A stretch of DNA of 60,437 nt from Candidatus Saccharimonadota bacterium (GCA_009839685.1 VXPC01000031.1:1-60437); one strand, 5' to 3'; positions 39,844 through 48,912 are shown, numbered from the stretch's first letter. Notes: generated by a model not told the origin, from the sequence alone. Numbers and translations are program-made.

Positions 39844-40476
39844 CTAGACTATACCGTCTTTGTCGACTTTGACGACCAGCTTGCCGGCCAGCATCAGGCT
39901 GATAGACCTGTCCCTAATCTGCCGCCTGTAGGCAAATTGTTCCTCGTCCATAATCATGTACCTGACTTCGCCGTCGATTGTCGATTCCAAATCCTCGACG
40001 TAGGTTTTCAGGCTGGACGGGGTGACGTTGCCGACTATCAGCAAATCCGCCGGCGTGGTCTTATCCCGGGTGAAAATTCCGCTTAAGACGACGAGTGAAA
40101 CGTTGCCCAAAGCCCTCTCTTTGTCGGCCAGTTTCTGCCCGTCAACTGACGCCGGATCGGAAGCCGCTTGGCCTTCGTCTTTCTCGGCCGCAGGGCTTTT
40201 GGCACGCTCGGCGGCGCCGGCGCCCTTGCTGAACAAATTAACAAGAGCCTGGTATTTTTCAAACTTCTGGTTAACCTCGTAGTAAAGGCGGTTATTAGAG
40301 CTGTCGGATTTTATAACACCTATGGATAGCAGGTTTTGCAGTTCCCGGCGCACAGAATTTATTTGTTCATCAATCTTTCTCGTAATCTCGCGGACGTAAA
40401 AAGATTGATTGGGATTGGACATAAACAGCTTCAAAAGCTTGTAACGCGTCTTCGATCCAAACAAATTCTCTATCAT
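39844..40476 (-). CDS. winged-helix (ArsR-like) DNA-binding protein with an uncharacterised C-terminal domain
   Basis: 210 aa with SKTRYKLLKLFMSNPNQSFYVREITRKIDEQINSVRRELQNLLSIGVI (wHTH). Confidence 0.55.
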   Translation of the reverse strand: MIENLFGSKTRYKLLKLFMSNPNQSFYVREITRKIDEQINSVRRELQNLLSIGVIKSDSSNNRLYYEVNQKFEKYQALVNLFSKGAGAAERAKSPAAEKDEGQAASDPASVDGQKLADKERALGNVSLVVLSGIFTRDKTTPADLLIVGNVTPSSLKTYVEDLESTIDGEVRYMIMDEEQFAYRRQIRDRSISLMLAGKLVVKVDKDGIV

Positions 40477-40523
40477 CTTCTAATTAAAGATTCTAGCACA
40501 GTTCGATAAAAAATGTGCTTAAG

Positions 40524-41498
40524 TTAGTTTTTCGGGTAACGCAAGTCCAAAAAAGCTACGTCCCGCTCGGCTTTTTTCAAGTGCTTGGGTCGGTCGGACG
40601 GGCTGATTTTCTTTCTGGATTTAGGCAGGCAGAGCGTGGACAGGAAGTTTGTGGCGGCACGCTTGCTATCGGCTGGCTCCTCCCGCTCCGTTTGATCGAT
40701 TTTCTGAATCACATACCAGTTGCTCGGGCCCAGCGGCAGCAGAAAGCTCAGCCATTGCAACGGCCGCTCAAAAAGATACATTGAGCCGGGGATTCTTTGC
40801 AATAGCTTCACGTTCCTCAACCATGACGTCGAACGCCGGCGCACAATCTTAAGGTTTAGTTCTTTGAGGGATTTTTCCAAATAGGCGGGGTTGTAATTAC
40901 GGATCAGGGCAAAATTGCCATCTTCCTGAACTCCCTTGGCGCCTATGTCGAGCCAGTCCAGACGCCAGATTGAGAAGTCCAGCCTCCCGATCGCCTGCAG
41001 CAGGGTCTTGAGGTGGTTTTTGTTCGCCGCCTGGCAAATCAAAGTGCCGCCGGGCTTCAATACTCGTTCGATCTCCTCGAAGAACCAAAGCGGATCTTCC
41101 AAATGGTGAATCAGCCGGACGGCGATCAGGCAAGATTGGGAGTTGTCGCTCAACGGCAAGTGATAAGCATTGGCGGCTACTAGGTGGAGCTTCATCTTCT
41201 CCTTCTCGGCTATTTCTACCGCCCGGTAAAACTCGCTGGCGGCGTAATCGAAGATGGCCACCTCTTTGAAAAAAGGCGCGTAACTAGGCAGCAGACGGCC
41301 GAAGCTGCCGCCGATGTCGACCAGCCACGAACCGGCTTCCCGCTTGGCGAAATACTTCCTGAAGTACTTGCCGATGATAATTTCTTCCGCGTGGTGGTCG
41401 TAATCGCGCCCTTTCCAAAAGTCGGCGAAAACGAAAACGTCGTTCTTGTCCTGATATTTGACTATTCTGGGTTCGGTCGAGGTGTCTATCTTAACCAT
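40524..41498 (-). CDS. class I SAM-dependent methyltransferase
   Basis: 324 aa with motif I LVDIGGSFGRL and post-motif LKPGGTLI. Confidence 0.7.
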   Translation of the reverse strand: MVKIDTSTEPRIVKYQDKNDVFVFADFWKGRDYDHHAEEIIIGKYFRKYFAKREAGSWLVDIGGSFGRLLPSYAPFFKEVAIFDYAASEFYRAVEIAEKEKMKLHLVAANAYHLPLSDNSQSCLIAVRLIHHLEDPLWFFEEIERVLKPGGTLICQAANKNHLKTLLQAIGRLDFSIWRLDWLDIGAKGVQEDGNFALIRNYNPAYLEKSLKELNLKIVRRRSTSWLRNVKLLQRIPGSMYLFERPLQWLSFLLPLGPSNWYVIQKIDQTEREEPADSKRAATNFLSTLCLPKSRKKISPSDRPKHLKKAERDVAFLDLRYPKN

Positions 41499-41531
41499 AA
41501 TGCCTGTCGTTCCAAGTATAGATTATAGCAC

Positions 41532-42425
41532 CTAGCTCCCGACCAACCCCAATTCCGAGGCAATATGCCGCCAAGCATCCCCGGGACTCTCAAACCAACT
41601 TATTTGCTGATGCCTCTTGAACCATGTCAGTTGTTTCTTAGCCAGCGCCAGATCGCGCCGGACAAAATCTTCCAAGGCTCGCTCAAGGCTTATTCCGCCT
41701 TCGAAATAAGGCCTCAGGGCGGCATAGATATTACTCTTGGCCGCTTCGCTGCCGGGCGGACATTCCGACACGACCAAGCGTGCTTCCTCCAGCAGTCCGG
41801 CCGCCAACATTTCTCGCAGGCGCGCCTCGATCCTCGCCTTCAAAACCGCCCGGTTGCGCTTGAGGCCGACGGCAGCTACTCCCGGGCGCCAAACGGGCTC
41901 TCTCGCACCGACAGGCGTTGAGCCCCGCTCCAGGCTGCGGATTAAATAACGCCTGTTAGCCCTGTTTTGCGGCATGGGCAGTTGGCGGCGCTTTATCTCC
42001 GACCGCAACTCTTCAAGGCTCAACGACTCCAACTGGCGGCGCAACTCGGGCCGGGCGCCGCCCTGACCGGAAAAATCATAGTCGAGCATAATGCTGTCGG
42101 CATACAGACCCGAACCGCCGACCAGGATCGGCAAGCGTTTCCTTCCCCTTATCTGTCCGATTGCGGCCAAAGCCAATTGTTGAAACCGAGCGACGCTGAA
42201 CGGCTGGTCCGGGTCAACGACATCCAGGAGATGGTGCCTGACAGCTTGGCGGTCGGCCGGGGTCGGTTTGGCCGTGCCGATATCCAAGCCCTTATAAACC
42301 GTCTTGGAGTCGGCTGCGACGATCTCGCCGCCTGTCGCCCGCGCCACTTTCATCGCCAAGGCGCTTTTGCCGCTGGCCGTCTGGCCGACGATAGCCAACA
42401 GGTCCAGATCTCCGCTGCTCACCAC
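41532..42425 (-). CDS. miaA: tRNA dimethylallyltransferase
   Basis: 297 aa with the IVGQTASGKSALA P-loop, ADSKTVYKGLDIGTAKPT and PILVGGSGLY. Confidence 0.9.
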   Translation of the reverse strand: MVSSGDLDLLAIVGQTASGKSALAMKVARATGGEIVAADSKTVYKGLDIGTAKPTPADRQAVRHHLLDVVDPDQPFSVARFQQLALAAIGQIRGRKRLPILVGGSGLYADSIMLDYDFSGQGGARPELRRQLESLSLEELRSEIKRRQLPMPQNRANRRYLIRSLERGSTPVGAREPVWRPGVAAVGLKRNRAVLKARIEARLREMLAAGLLEEARLVVSECPPGSEAAKSNIYAALRPYFEGGISLERALEDFVRRDLALAKKQLTWFKRHQQISWFESPGDAWRHIASELGLVGS

Positions 42426-42432
42426 CGCCGGT

Positions 42433-42786
42433 TTAAATTTGGCTCCAGAGGTAGCCCAAAGTAATGATGCCGAAAAGCGTCAAGATAAGGAATGACGACA
42501 TCAGGATATAGATAAACACCGGCGCGATATGCGGCTTGTCCTTGGCTAGGAATTCAATAAATTTGTCCCGGCGGTGAACGGCTCTGGCGACCACTCGCCG
42601 TTTCTTCAGCATCTTCTTAACTGTCGCCCGCTTGCCCGTCCTGGCCTGGCGTTTGGCCAGCAGGTCGGGGCGCACCCGCCTGATGTAGATGTCGACCCAC
42701 TCCCGGGCGTTCAGTATCCAGTGAATCATGTATGCTCCGACAGCGACCAAGGTGAAGAAGCCGCCGGCGATTAAGATACGCATCAT
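42433..42786 (-). CDS. small membrane protein
   Basis: 117 aa with N- and C-terminal TM helices around a very basic loop. Confidence 0.5.
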   Translation of the reverse strand: MMRILIAGGFFTLVAVGAYMIHWILNAREWVDIYIRRVRPDLLAKRQARTGKRATVKKMLKKRRVVARAVHRRDKFIEFLAKDKPHIAPVFIYILMSSFLILTLFGIITLGYLWSQI

Positions 42787-42877
42787 CTTAATTGAATATC
42801 ATAGCAAAAATCGTCCCGACTATCACGGCCCCGACCCTTAAACTCCGATGCGGGCCGGGAGCCGAATATCTGCTAGA

Positions 42878-43645
42878 ATGGCTTTAGTGAACAAATTAAG
42901 TATCAAGGTTGCGGGCTTGGCCAAGTCTTACGGTGGAGAAACGGTCGTCAAGCACATCAGTTTCAACGTCAAAAAAGGCGAGGTGTTCGGCCTGCTGGGG
43001 CCGAACGGCGCCGGCAAAACGACCACTCTGGAAATGATCGAAGCCTTGCGGCCGATCGACGAGGGCGAGGTTACTTTGGAGGGCTACGATGTCCGGCGGC
43101 AACCCTACGAGATTAAGAAAATAATCGGCGTCCAGCCGCAGGACGCCGGCTTTTTCGAATACCTGAACCTGCGCGAGTTGCTGGCGATGTTCGCCGGTCT
43201 TTACGGCCAGCAAGTCGATGCCGACAAGCTGTTGGAAGAAGTCGATTTGCTGGCCAAGGCTAAATCCCAAGTTAAGCATCTGTCCGGTGGCCAACGGCAG
43301 CGTTTTTCGGTCGCCCTGGCCTTGGTTAACCGACCGCAAGTTTTATTTCTTGACGAGCCGACAACCGGCCTGGATCCCCAGGCGCGGCGTTACATGTGGG
43401 AGCTTATCCAGCGGATCCGCCAGCGGGGCATCACCGTTGTCCTCACGACCCATTACATGGAAGAGGCCGAACTGCTTTGCGACCGGCTGGCCATCCTTGA
43501 CGACGGCAAGATCATCGCCTTGGACAGTCCGAAGAAATTAGTCGAACAGCTGCTGAAGAAGGGTTTTAAGAAAAAAGTTGAGCGCCAAGCGGCCAACCTG
43601 GAAGACGTTTTCATTGATTTAACCGGGAGGAGCTTGCGCGAATGA
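42878..43645 (+). CDS. ABC transporter ATP-binding protein (ABC-2/drug-export type)
   Basis: ORF 42848..43645, trimmed to ATG 42878. It has Walker A GPNGAGKTT, signature LSGGQRQR and Walker B LFLDEPTTGLD. Confidence 0.9.
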   Translation: MALVNKLSIKVAGLAKSYGGETVVKHISFNVKKGEVFGLLGPNGAGKTTTLEMIEALRPIDEGEVTLEGYDVRRQPYEIKKIIGVQPQDAGFFEYLNLRELLAMFAGLYGQQVDADKLLEEVDLLAKAKSQVKHLSGGQRQRFSVALALVNRPQVLFLDEPTTGLDPQARRYMWELIQRIRQRGITVVLTTHYMEEAELLCDRLAILDDGKIIALDSPKKLVEQLLKKGFKKKVERQAANLEDVFIDLTGRSLRE

Positions 43646-44739
43646 ATCTGGGTGCCATCTGGGCAATGACCAAAGCTTTCACCAAGGCTTTTTTCAGGAA
43701 TAAAGTCGCCCTGTTCTTCACCTTCCTCTTCCCGCTCGTTTTCCTGGTCGTTTTCGGCTTTATCTTCGGCCGCGACAGCACGCCCAATTTCGAGATAGGC
43801 TTGATTAACAATTCCGAAACGGAACTGGGTCGCGGTTTTCAGGAGTATGCCGAAGCGACCGGCATCATCAGCTTCCAAACCGAAGGCGACCGGGAGGGTT
43901 TTGAAACCAAGCTGGGTCGGGGAGAGGTCGACGCCCTGATCATCTTGCCGGAAGATTTCGGCTCGCCGGACGCCTCGGGCTTGCCGACCGGCGAACTGCA
44001 GCTGTTTTACAATCAAAATGACGAACAGCTGGGCTTGGCCATAACCTCCGTGCTGGAAAGCGTGTTTGACGAACTGAACGAATCCTTGCTGCCTACGAAT
44101 CAACCGCTGAAGATAGCCGGCCAACCGCTGCAGACCGCCGGCCTGAGCCGTCTGGACTACGTCTTCGCCGGGTTGGTCGGCTTCTCCATCCTCTCGCTGG
44201 GCATTTTCAGCATGAGCGAAGGCTTTATGCAGGATAAAAAATCCAAGGCGCTGCTCAGAATCAGACTGGCGCCGATCAGGTCGTGGCAATTGATCGTCGC
44301 GACTATCGCCAACCGGGTTATCGTCGGCCTGATCGCTATCGCCCTGATGTTCGTGGCCGGCAAACTGATTTTCGGTTTCGATATGAGGGGGGATTATCTC
44401 AGCCTGCTGCTGTTCAGTATCATTTCGCTCGTCTGCATGCTGGGGTTCGGCACGGCCATTGCCGGCTGGGCGCAGAACGCCAACCAGTCCTCGCCCGTGG
44501 CCAACCTGATCAGCTTTCCGATGATGTTCCTCAGCGGCGTCTTTTTCCCTGTTTTCCTGATGCCGGTCTGGCTGCAGCAGATAACGGCCTTTATCCCGCT
44601 GACGGCCATCGTCGACGGCTTGCGGTTGATTACGACCGAAGGGCAGACTATTTTCGACCTCGGCCCCCAGCTCCTGATTGTCGCCGTCTGGACAGCCGTT
44701 CTTTACGCCGTCGCCACCAAAACTTTCCGCTGGGAGTAA
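43642..44739 (+). CDS. ABC-2 type transporter permease
   Basis: 365 aa with one N-terminal TM, a large loop, and five C-terminal TMs. There is a 4-nt ATGA overlap with the ATPase gene. The 488-aa antisense ORF 43453..44919 is spurious. Confidence 0.8.
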   Translation: MNLGAIWAMTKAFTKAFFRNKVALFFTFLFPLVFLVVFGFIFGRDSTPNFEIGLINNSETELGRGFQEYAEATGIISFQTEGDREGFETKLGRGEVDALIILPEDFGSPDASGLPTGELQLFYNQNDEQLGLAITSVLESVFDELNESLLPTNQPLKIAGQPLQTAGLSRLDYVFAGLVGFSILSLGIFSMSEGFMQDKKSKALLRIRLAPIRSWQLIVATIANRVIVGLIAIALMFVAGKLIFGFDMRGDYLSLLLFSIISLVCMLGFGTAIAGWAQNANQSSPVANLISFPMMFLSGVFFPVFLMPVWLQQITAFIPLTAIVDGLRLITTEGQTIFDLGPQLLIVAVWTAVLYAVATKTFRWE

Positions 44740-44769
44740 AAAGGCTCCAAGCTGGATTCCGCAGTTTGC

Positions 44770-44778
44770 TGATATAAT
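44770..44778 (+). promoter_or_regulatory. extended -10 element (TGaTATAAT) upstream of tRNA-Gln
   Basis: TGATATAAT lies ~54 nt upstream of tRNA-Gln. It is followed by a 7-bp hairpin, GATTCCC-GGC-GGGAATC. Confidence 0.4.
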
Positions 44779-44831
44779 CACCTTTGCGGATTCCCGGCGG
44801 GAATCGTCGCGACGCATTAAAGCCACAACAA

Positions 44832-44906
44832 TGGCGCGTGGCCAAATGGTAAGGCACTTGTTTCTGGCACAAGGGATTGTAGGTTCGAATCCTACCGCGC
44901 CAGCCA
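44832..44906 (+). tRNA. tRNA-Gln (anticodon CUG), CCA encoded
   Basis: TGGCGCGTGGCCAAATGGTAAGGCACTTGTTTCTGGCACAAGGGATTGTAGGTTCGAATCCTACCGCGCCAGCCA, with anticodon loop TTCTGGC. Confidence 0.9.
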
Positions 44907-44978
44907 GATTAATTGGCACCCAGACTCCGGATAATCAACGCTGCGCAAGCTGTCCGTCGGCGCTAATCCCCGCAAAGG

Positions 44979-45548
44979 TTGCGTTTGATACAAAAGCACC
45001 AGGGTATTAGAATGCTTACAATACCTGATGACATGAAGCAACCCGAGGCCGAAGAAACAACGTTTGAGCCGCCGGCAATACCTTTGGGGAAAACCGCCCG
45101 GGCGGACGAGGAATGTTGGCGCCCCTCCCAGGCCGGGCCGCCGGCGAGTTGGCGGCCGGCCGAATCCCGCCAGCGGCCGACGACTGAACCCGGCTTGGAT
45201 CAAGGCAATAGCCACGCACCTGAAACCAGCCGGCTTTCTCCAGAAACCCTGGAGCCCCTCTTGAACGACCCGGCGGCGGTTCTGAGGTTGCTCAAAGCGC
45301 CTCGTGAATACGAGAAGGGTTTATACCAAGCCGTTTGGGAAAAGTACGGCCCTGAGGCGAATAATCAGCACGTCGAGAAAATGGAGGTTTTGGAAGCTCT
45401 CTTCAACTCCGATAACCTGCCGGTGGATATGTATCCCGTCATGCTGCAGGCATACCCCGATCTGTTCGGTTGCGAAGCCGGCCGCGACAGATTTTTGCAC
45501 TACGCGGATGCCACCTTTAGCAACTTATGGAACGACATTCCGGATTAG
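44979..45548 (+). CDS. hypothetical protein, translationally coupled to the WhiB-like gene
   Basis: 189-aa ORF. The ATG at 45012 is the more likely start. The N-terminal half is Pro/Glu-rich, and no motif was recognised. Confidence 0.5.
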   Translation: MRLIQKHQGIRMLTIPDDMKQPEAEETTFEPPAIPLGKTARADEECWRPSQAGPPASWRPAESRQRPTTEPGLDQGNSHAPETSRLSPETLEPLLNDPAAVLRLLKAPREYEKGLYQAVWEKYGPEANNQHVEKMEVLEALFNSDNLPVDMYPVMLQAYPDLFGCEAGRDRFLHYADATFSNLWNDIPD

Positions 45549-45868
45549 TGCCGGAGACGGGCCGCAGCTGGGTTGAGCTGCTGGCTGAGGCGATCGCCAA
45601 CACCGAAGAAACTTATAAGCCTGCGGATCCGGAGTGGCTGGAGCTGGCAGAATGCAGCCTCGCAGGCATCGCCGCCCGCGATTTTTTTGAAAACGAAGCC
45701 AACCACCGGCTGGCCAAAGAAACCTGCGAGAGGTGCGGCATTGCCTTGCCCTGCCTGAAATACGCCTTGGACAACAACGAAAAGGAAGGCGTCTGGGGCG
45801 GAACGGATATGAAAGAAAGGAGAGCTATCAGAGCGAAGCTCATCAGGCGCCGATCAAGCGCCGCCTGA
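45527..45868 (+). CDS. WhiB-like (Wbl) Fe-S transcription factor
   Basis: Four Cys in the Wbl arrangement (AEC ... TCERCGIALPC, i.e. C-x2-C-x5-C), followed by the GVWGG turn and a basic tail (KERRAIRAKLIRRR). A likely alternative start is GTG 45548, overlapping the upstream TAG (TAGTG). Confidence 0.8.
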   Translation: MERHSGLVPETGRSWVELLAEAIANTEETYKPADPEWLELAECSLAGIAARDFFENEANHRLAKETCERCGIALPCLKYALDNNEKEGVWGGTDMKERRAIRAKLIRRRSSAA

Positions 45869-45870
45869 GC

Positions 45871-46236
45871 TTACTCCAGCGGGAAATTTATGTCTTGCAG
45901 CTGCCGCCTGAAAACTTCTTCGACCACCGGCATAAAGTCCCTGACGTATTTCTCCCTCAGCTCGCCAAGGGGGCGATCGCAGTGCTCCAGGCGAAAGTTG
46001 TCCGCGCGCGCCTGACGCGCCCGGTCGCTGGAGAGCCTGTACTCGCCGAATTCGTCCATCTTTAGTCGATGATACTCCTCATAAATCCTGTTGCCTTCCT
46101 CGGCGTATCCCTCAACCGCCGACCTGATAACCTGCGCCGAGTCTACCCAGGCTTCCCCGCCTGCGAGTAAAAACTCTGCCGGCCGGCCGGCGCCAGCGGC
46201 GGCGTCCGCTGGGGGTTGTTCTTCAGATTTTTTCAT
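45871..46236 (-). CDS. hypothetical protein (121 aa)
   Basis: ORF 45871..46260, trimmed to ATG 46236, which is preceded by AGGAGGTAATT. Convergent with the WhiB-like gene, with a 2-nt gap. Confidence 0.55.
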   Translation of the reverse strand: MKKSEEQPPADAAAGAGRPAEFLLAGGEAWVDSAQVIRSAVEGYAEEGNRIYEEYHRLKMDEFGEYRLSSDRARQARADNFRLEHCDRPLGELREKYVRDFMPVVEEVFRRQLQDINFPLE

Positions 46237-46354
46237 AATTACCTCCTGAATTATTAACAAATTATTATATGGGTTGGGTTGCGATTATCTATCGGCGGCT
46301 TAATACCATTGGCTACCTCTTTCCCGATCCCTTCAGCCGGATTTGGCCGGGGTG

Positions 46355-46387
46355 AGAATAAAAACAACCCCGGCCTGCTGGGGTTGT
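46355..46387 (-). terminator. rho-independent terminator ~400 nt downstream of thrS
   Basis: On the minus strand: ACAACCCC, an 8-nt loop, GGGGTTGT, then TTTTTATT. Confidence 0.5.
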
Positions 46388-46788
46388 CGGTCTCGTCGCT
46401 TTAAGTTTTATCTAGCACAGACACCGCCCCAACTACTGAAGCCCAGTAGAGACAACAACGGTTGAGACGATCTGTTTGACATGCCGGTAATCATAAATGC
46501 TCATCGGTGAATTGTCAATCCGCCGCCCTTAGCCGACGGCGGGGCTGAGTAGACGTACCCCTTTTGACAACGTTTTCACCGCCAGGCCGGTCAAAGACGA
46601 CTATTACAGATTCGACGACGACGCCTTTACCCCATAGATCACCGGCAACGCGCAACAAGGAATCGCCCATGGCGCATGCGCCATCGGCCAGAAACAAGGA
46701 GATAAAGCCGTCCCCTCGAGAGCCGTTGGCGACCGCGGTTGTTGACCGAGCGAGACATTCAAACCTTAAGCCGGCTGACCGTCCGCAT

Positions 46789-48597
46789 TCACGATCTGTC
46801 AGCCGCTTCCGTCTGGATTGTTGTCATAATTTCATCAAAGGCATACGCCTGACCTTCCTTCAAGCCGGGCTGTTTCAGATCCGGGCGGACACGTACTTCG
46901 AACCGGCCCTGCGCCATCTCCTTCTCACCGACAACCAAGACGTAGGGCGCCGCCTCCAGTTGGCTCTGACGAATTTTCTTACCGACCGACTCTTGGCTGT
47001 CATCCAGCCTGGCTCTAATTTGGCGGTCAGTTGCCTGACGGTGCAGGCCATGGGCGTAATCCAACAAAGATTCATCTGTTCCGACAGTCAGGATCTTCAA
47101 CTGGCAGGGCGACAACCAAACCGGAAACTTGCCCCCGTAGAACTCTATGATGAAAGCCATGCAGCGCTCGATCGAGCCGATAATCGAGTGATGGATAACG
47201 ACCGCTTCGCTCTCAGAGTTCTCACTGTTGATAAAAGTCAAGCCGAGACGCTTGGGCATCACGAAATCGTACTGGACGGTAAAGGCCGTTTCTTCCCGGC
47301 CGCTGCGGTTGCGCATCTGGATATCGATCTTCGGCCCGTAAAAGGCGGCTTCGTCTTCAGCCTCAACGAACTGGTCGCCACGGTCGCGCAAAGCCGTCCG
47401 CAACTCGTCTTCCGCCCTATCCCAAGCCTGGTCATCCTTGAAGTATTTCTCCTCGTCATCGCGCCTGCCCAAAGAGAGCCGGTAAGAGTAGTCCTCGTAC
47501 TTCCGCAGGCCGAGGATTGAGGCGACATCTTCAATGAATTGTAGGACGGTTTTAATTTCGCCGGCCGTCTGGTCGGGCCGGCAGATGATATGGGCGTCGC
47601 TCAAGGTAAAAGCCCTGACCCTCAGCAAGCCGCTCAGCTCGCCGGACTGTTCGTATCGGTACAGGTTGGCCAGCTCGGCCAAGCGGACCGGCAACTCCCT
47701 GAAGGAGTGCGGCCGGCGCTTATAGATCTCGAAATGGTGCGGGCAAGTCATCGGCCGCAGCATGAATTGCCGGCCGTCTATATCCAAGGGAGAGTACATG
47801 CTGCTTTTGTAATAGGGGTAATGACCGGTGGCTTCATACAAGCTGAGCTGAGCCAAGTCAGGCGTCTTGACCTGGGTGTACCCCCGCTTGTTCTCCTCTT
47901 CAATCACTAGATTCTCCAGCTGACGCCTGATGACAGCTCCGTTTTCCGGCAACAACGGCAATCCGGAACCAACCAGATCGGAAAACGCGAACAAGTCACG
48001 CTCCCGGCCAATCCGGCGGTGGTCAGACTCGCTTTTAGCTTCCAGCTCTTCCAGATAGGACGATAAGTCTCCGGCAGTGGAGAAAACGGCCACCTGCAGG
48101 CGTTGCAACTGCGGCCGATCCGCCTGGTTGAGCCAATAGGCACCACCGACGCCGGTGATTTTGAAGTGCAAATCCACAAATTTGCGGAGCGGCTCCGCTG
48201 GGCGGTTGAAATCCTCTTCCCTGATGACGGGTACTGCAAGTCCCGCGCGTTCCGCGAAACAGACATCAGCCGGACCCGAAGAGGTTTCCAAAACCTCCGT
48301 CAGGTAATCCTGCCCGTTATTCCGGGCCCAGGCCAGAGCGTCGTCACGGGGCTTAGAGTGAAAATTAATATCCTGGTTATCGATTATTTGGCGAACCTCA
48401 GCCTCAATTCTGGGGAAATCCTTCTCTGAGATCCTGGCATCGCCCACATCAACGTCACAAGAGAAACCCTGTTCCACAGCTTGGCAAAAGCCAAATTTGG
48501 CGTCGGGCCAAATGTTTTTGATGGAGAAAACAAACAGGCAGTTCAGATAAATTCGTAATGCCGACAAGTCCGGTTGGGGGTGTTTTTCCTCTCGCAT
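46789..48597 (-). CDS. thrS: threonine--tRNA ligase
   Basis: 602 aa with class II motifs (FMLRPMTCPHHFEIY, RLAELANLYRYEQSGELSGLLRVRAFTLSDAHI, YGPKIDI) and a C-terminal anticodon-binding domain. The 318-aa antisense ORF 46564..47520 is spurious. Confidence 0.95.
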   Translation of the reverse strand: MREEKHPQPDLSALRIYLNCLFVFSIKNIWPDAKFGFCQAVEQGFSCDVDVGDARISEKDFPRIEAEVRQIIDNQDINFHSKPRDDALAWARNNGQDYLTEVLETSSGPADVCFAERAGLAVPVIREEDFNRPAEPLRKFVDLHFKITGVGGAYWLNQADRPQLQRLQVAVFSTAGDLSSYLEELEAKSESDHRRIGRERDLFAFSDLVGSGLPLLPENGAVIRRQLENLVIEEENKRGYTQVKTPDLAQLSLYEATGHYPYYKSSMYSPLDIDGRQFMLRPMTCPHHFEIYKRRPHSFRELPVRLAELANLYRYEQSGELSGLLRVRAFTLSDAHIICRPDQTAGEIKTVLQFIEDVASILGLRKYEDYSYRLSLGRRDDEEKYFKDDQAWDRAEDELRTALRDRGDQFVEAEDEAAFYGPKIDIQMRNRSGREETAFTVQYDFVMPKRLGLTFINSENSESEAVVIHHSIIGSIERCMAFIIEFYGGKFPVWLSPCQLKILTVGTDESLLDYAHGLHRQATDRQIRARLDDSQESVGKKIRQSQLEAAPYVLVVGEKEMAQGRFEVRVRPDLKQPGLKEGQAYAFDEIMTTIQTEAADRS

Positions 48598-48637
48598 ACC
48601 AACTGAGATTATATAACACGCCCCTCAAAAGCATCTG

Positions 48638-48681
48638 AAAACAAAAAACCGATTGTCTAAACTCGCAAAATAGACAATCGG
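48638..48681 (-). terminator. terminator-like hairpin inside the thrS 5' leader
   Basis: On the minus strand: CCGATTGTCTA, an 11-nt loop, TAGACAATCGG, then TTTTTTGTTTT. It ends ~40 nt upstream of the thrS ATG. Confidence 0.5.
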
Positions 48682-48882
48682 CCGAACTTTGAGAAAACTC
48701 AAAAAGTTTTCCTCAAAACTCCACTGCGGTAATTTTACTCTATCTAGCATTTTTTTGCTAGTGTTTTTTACGGTTTTTGTAGCCCCCAAGGAGTGACCGA
48801 AAATATTTATATCAAATATGATGTAAGCATTATAGTACCCATAGCACAAAAAGTATTAAATTAGCTATTACAGGTCAACCTA

Positions 48883-48912
48883 ATAAAAAATGACGGCTCT
48901 CGGCCGTCATTT
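48883..48912 (-). terminator. rho-independent terminator after tRNA-Val
   Basis: On the minus strand: ATGACGGC, a 5-nt loop, GCCGTCAT, then TTTTTTATTA. Confidence 0.6.

Noticed and set aside
43453-44919. 488-aa minus-strand ORF
   Set aside because: It starts with the antisense of tRNA-Gln (GFEPT signature) and runs antisense through the ABC transporter genes. The composition is Arg/Gln/Gly/Asp-rich.
46564-47520. 318-aa + strand ORF
   Set aside because: Antisense to thrS.
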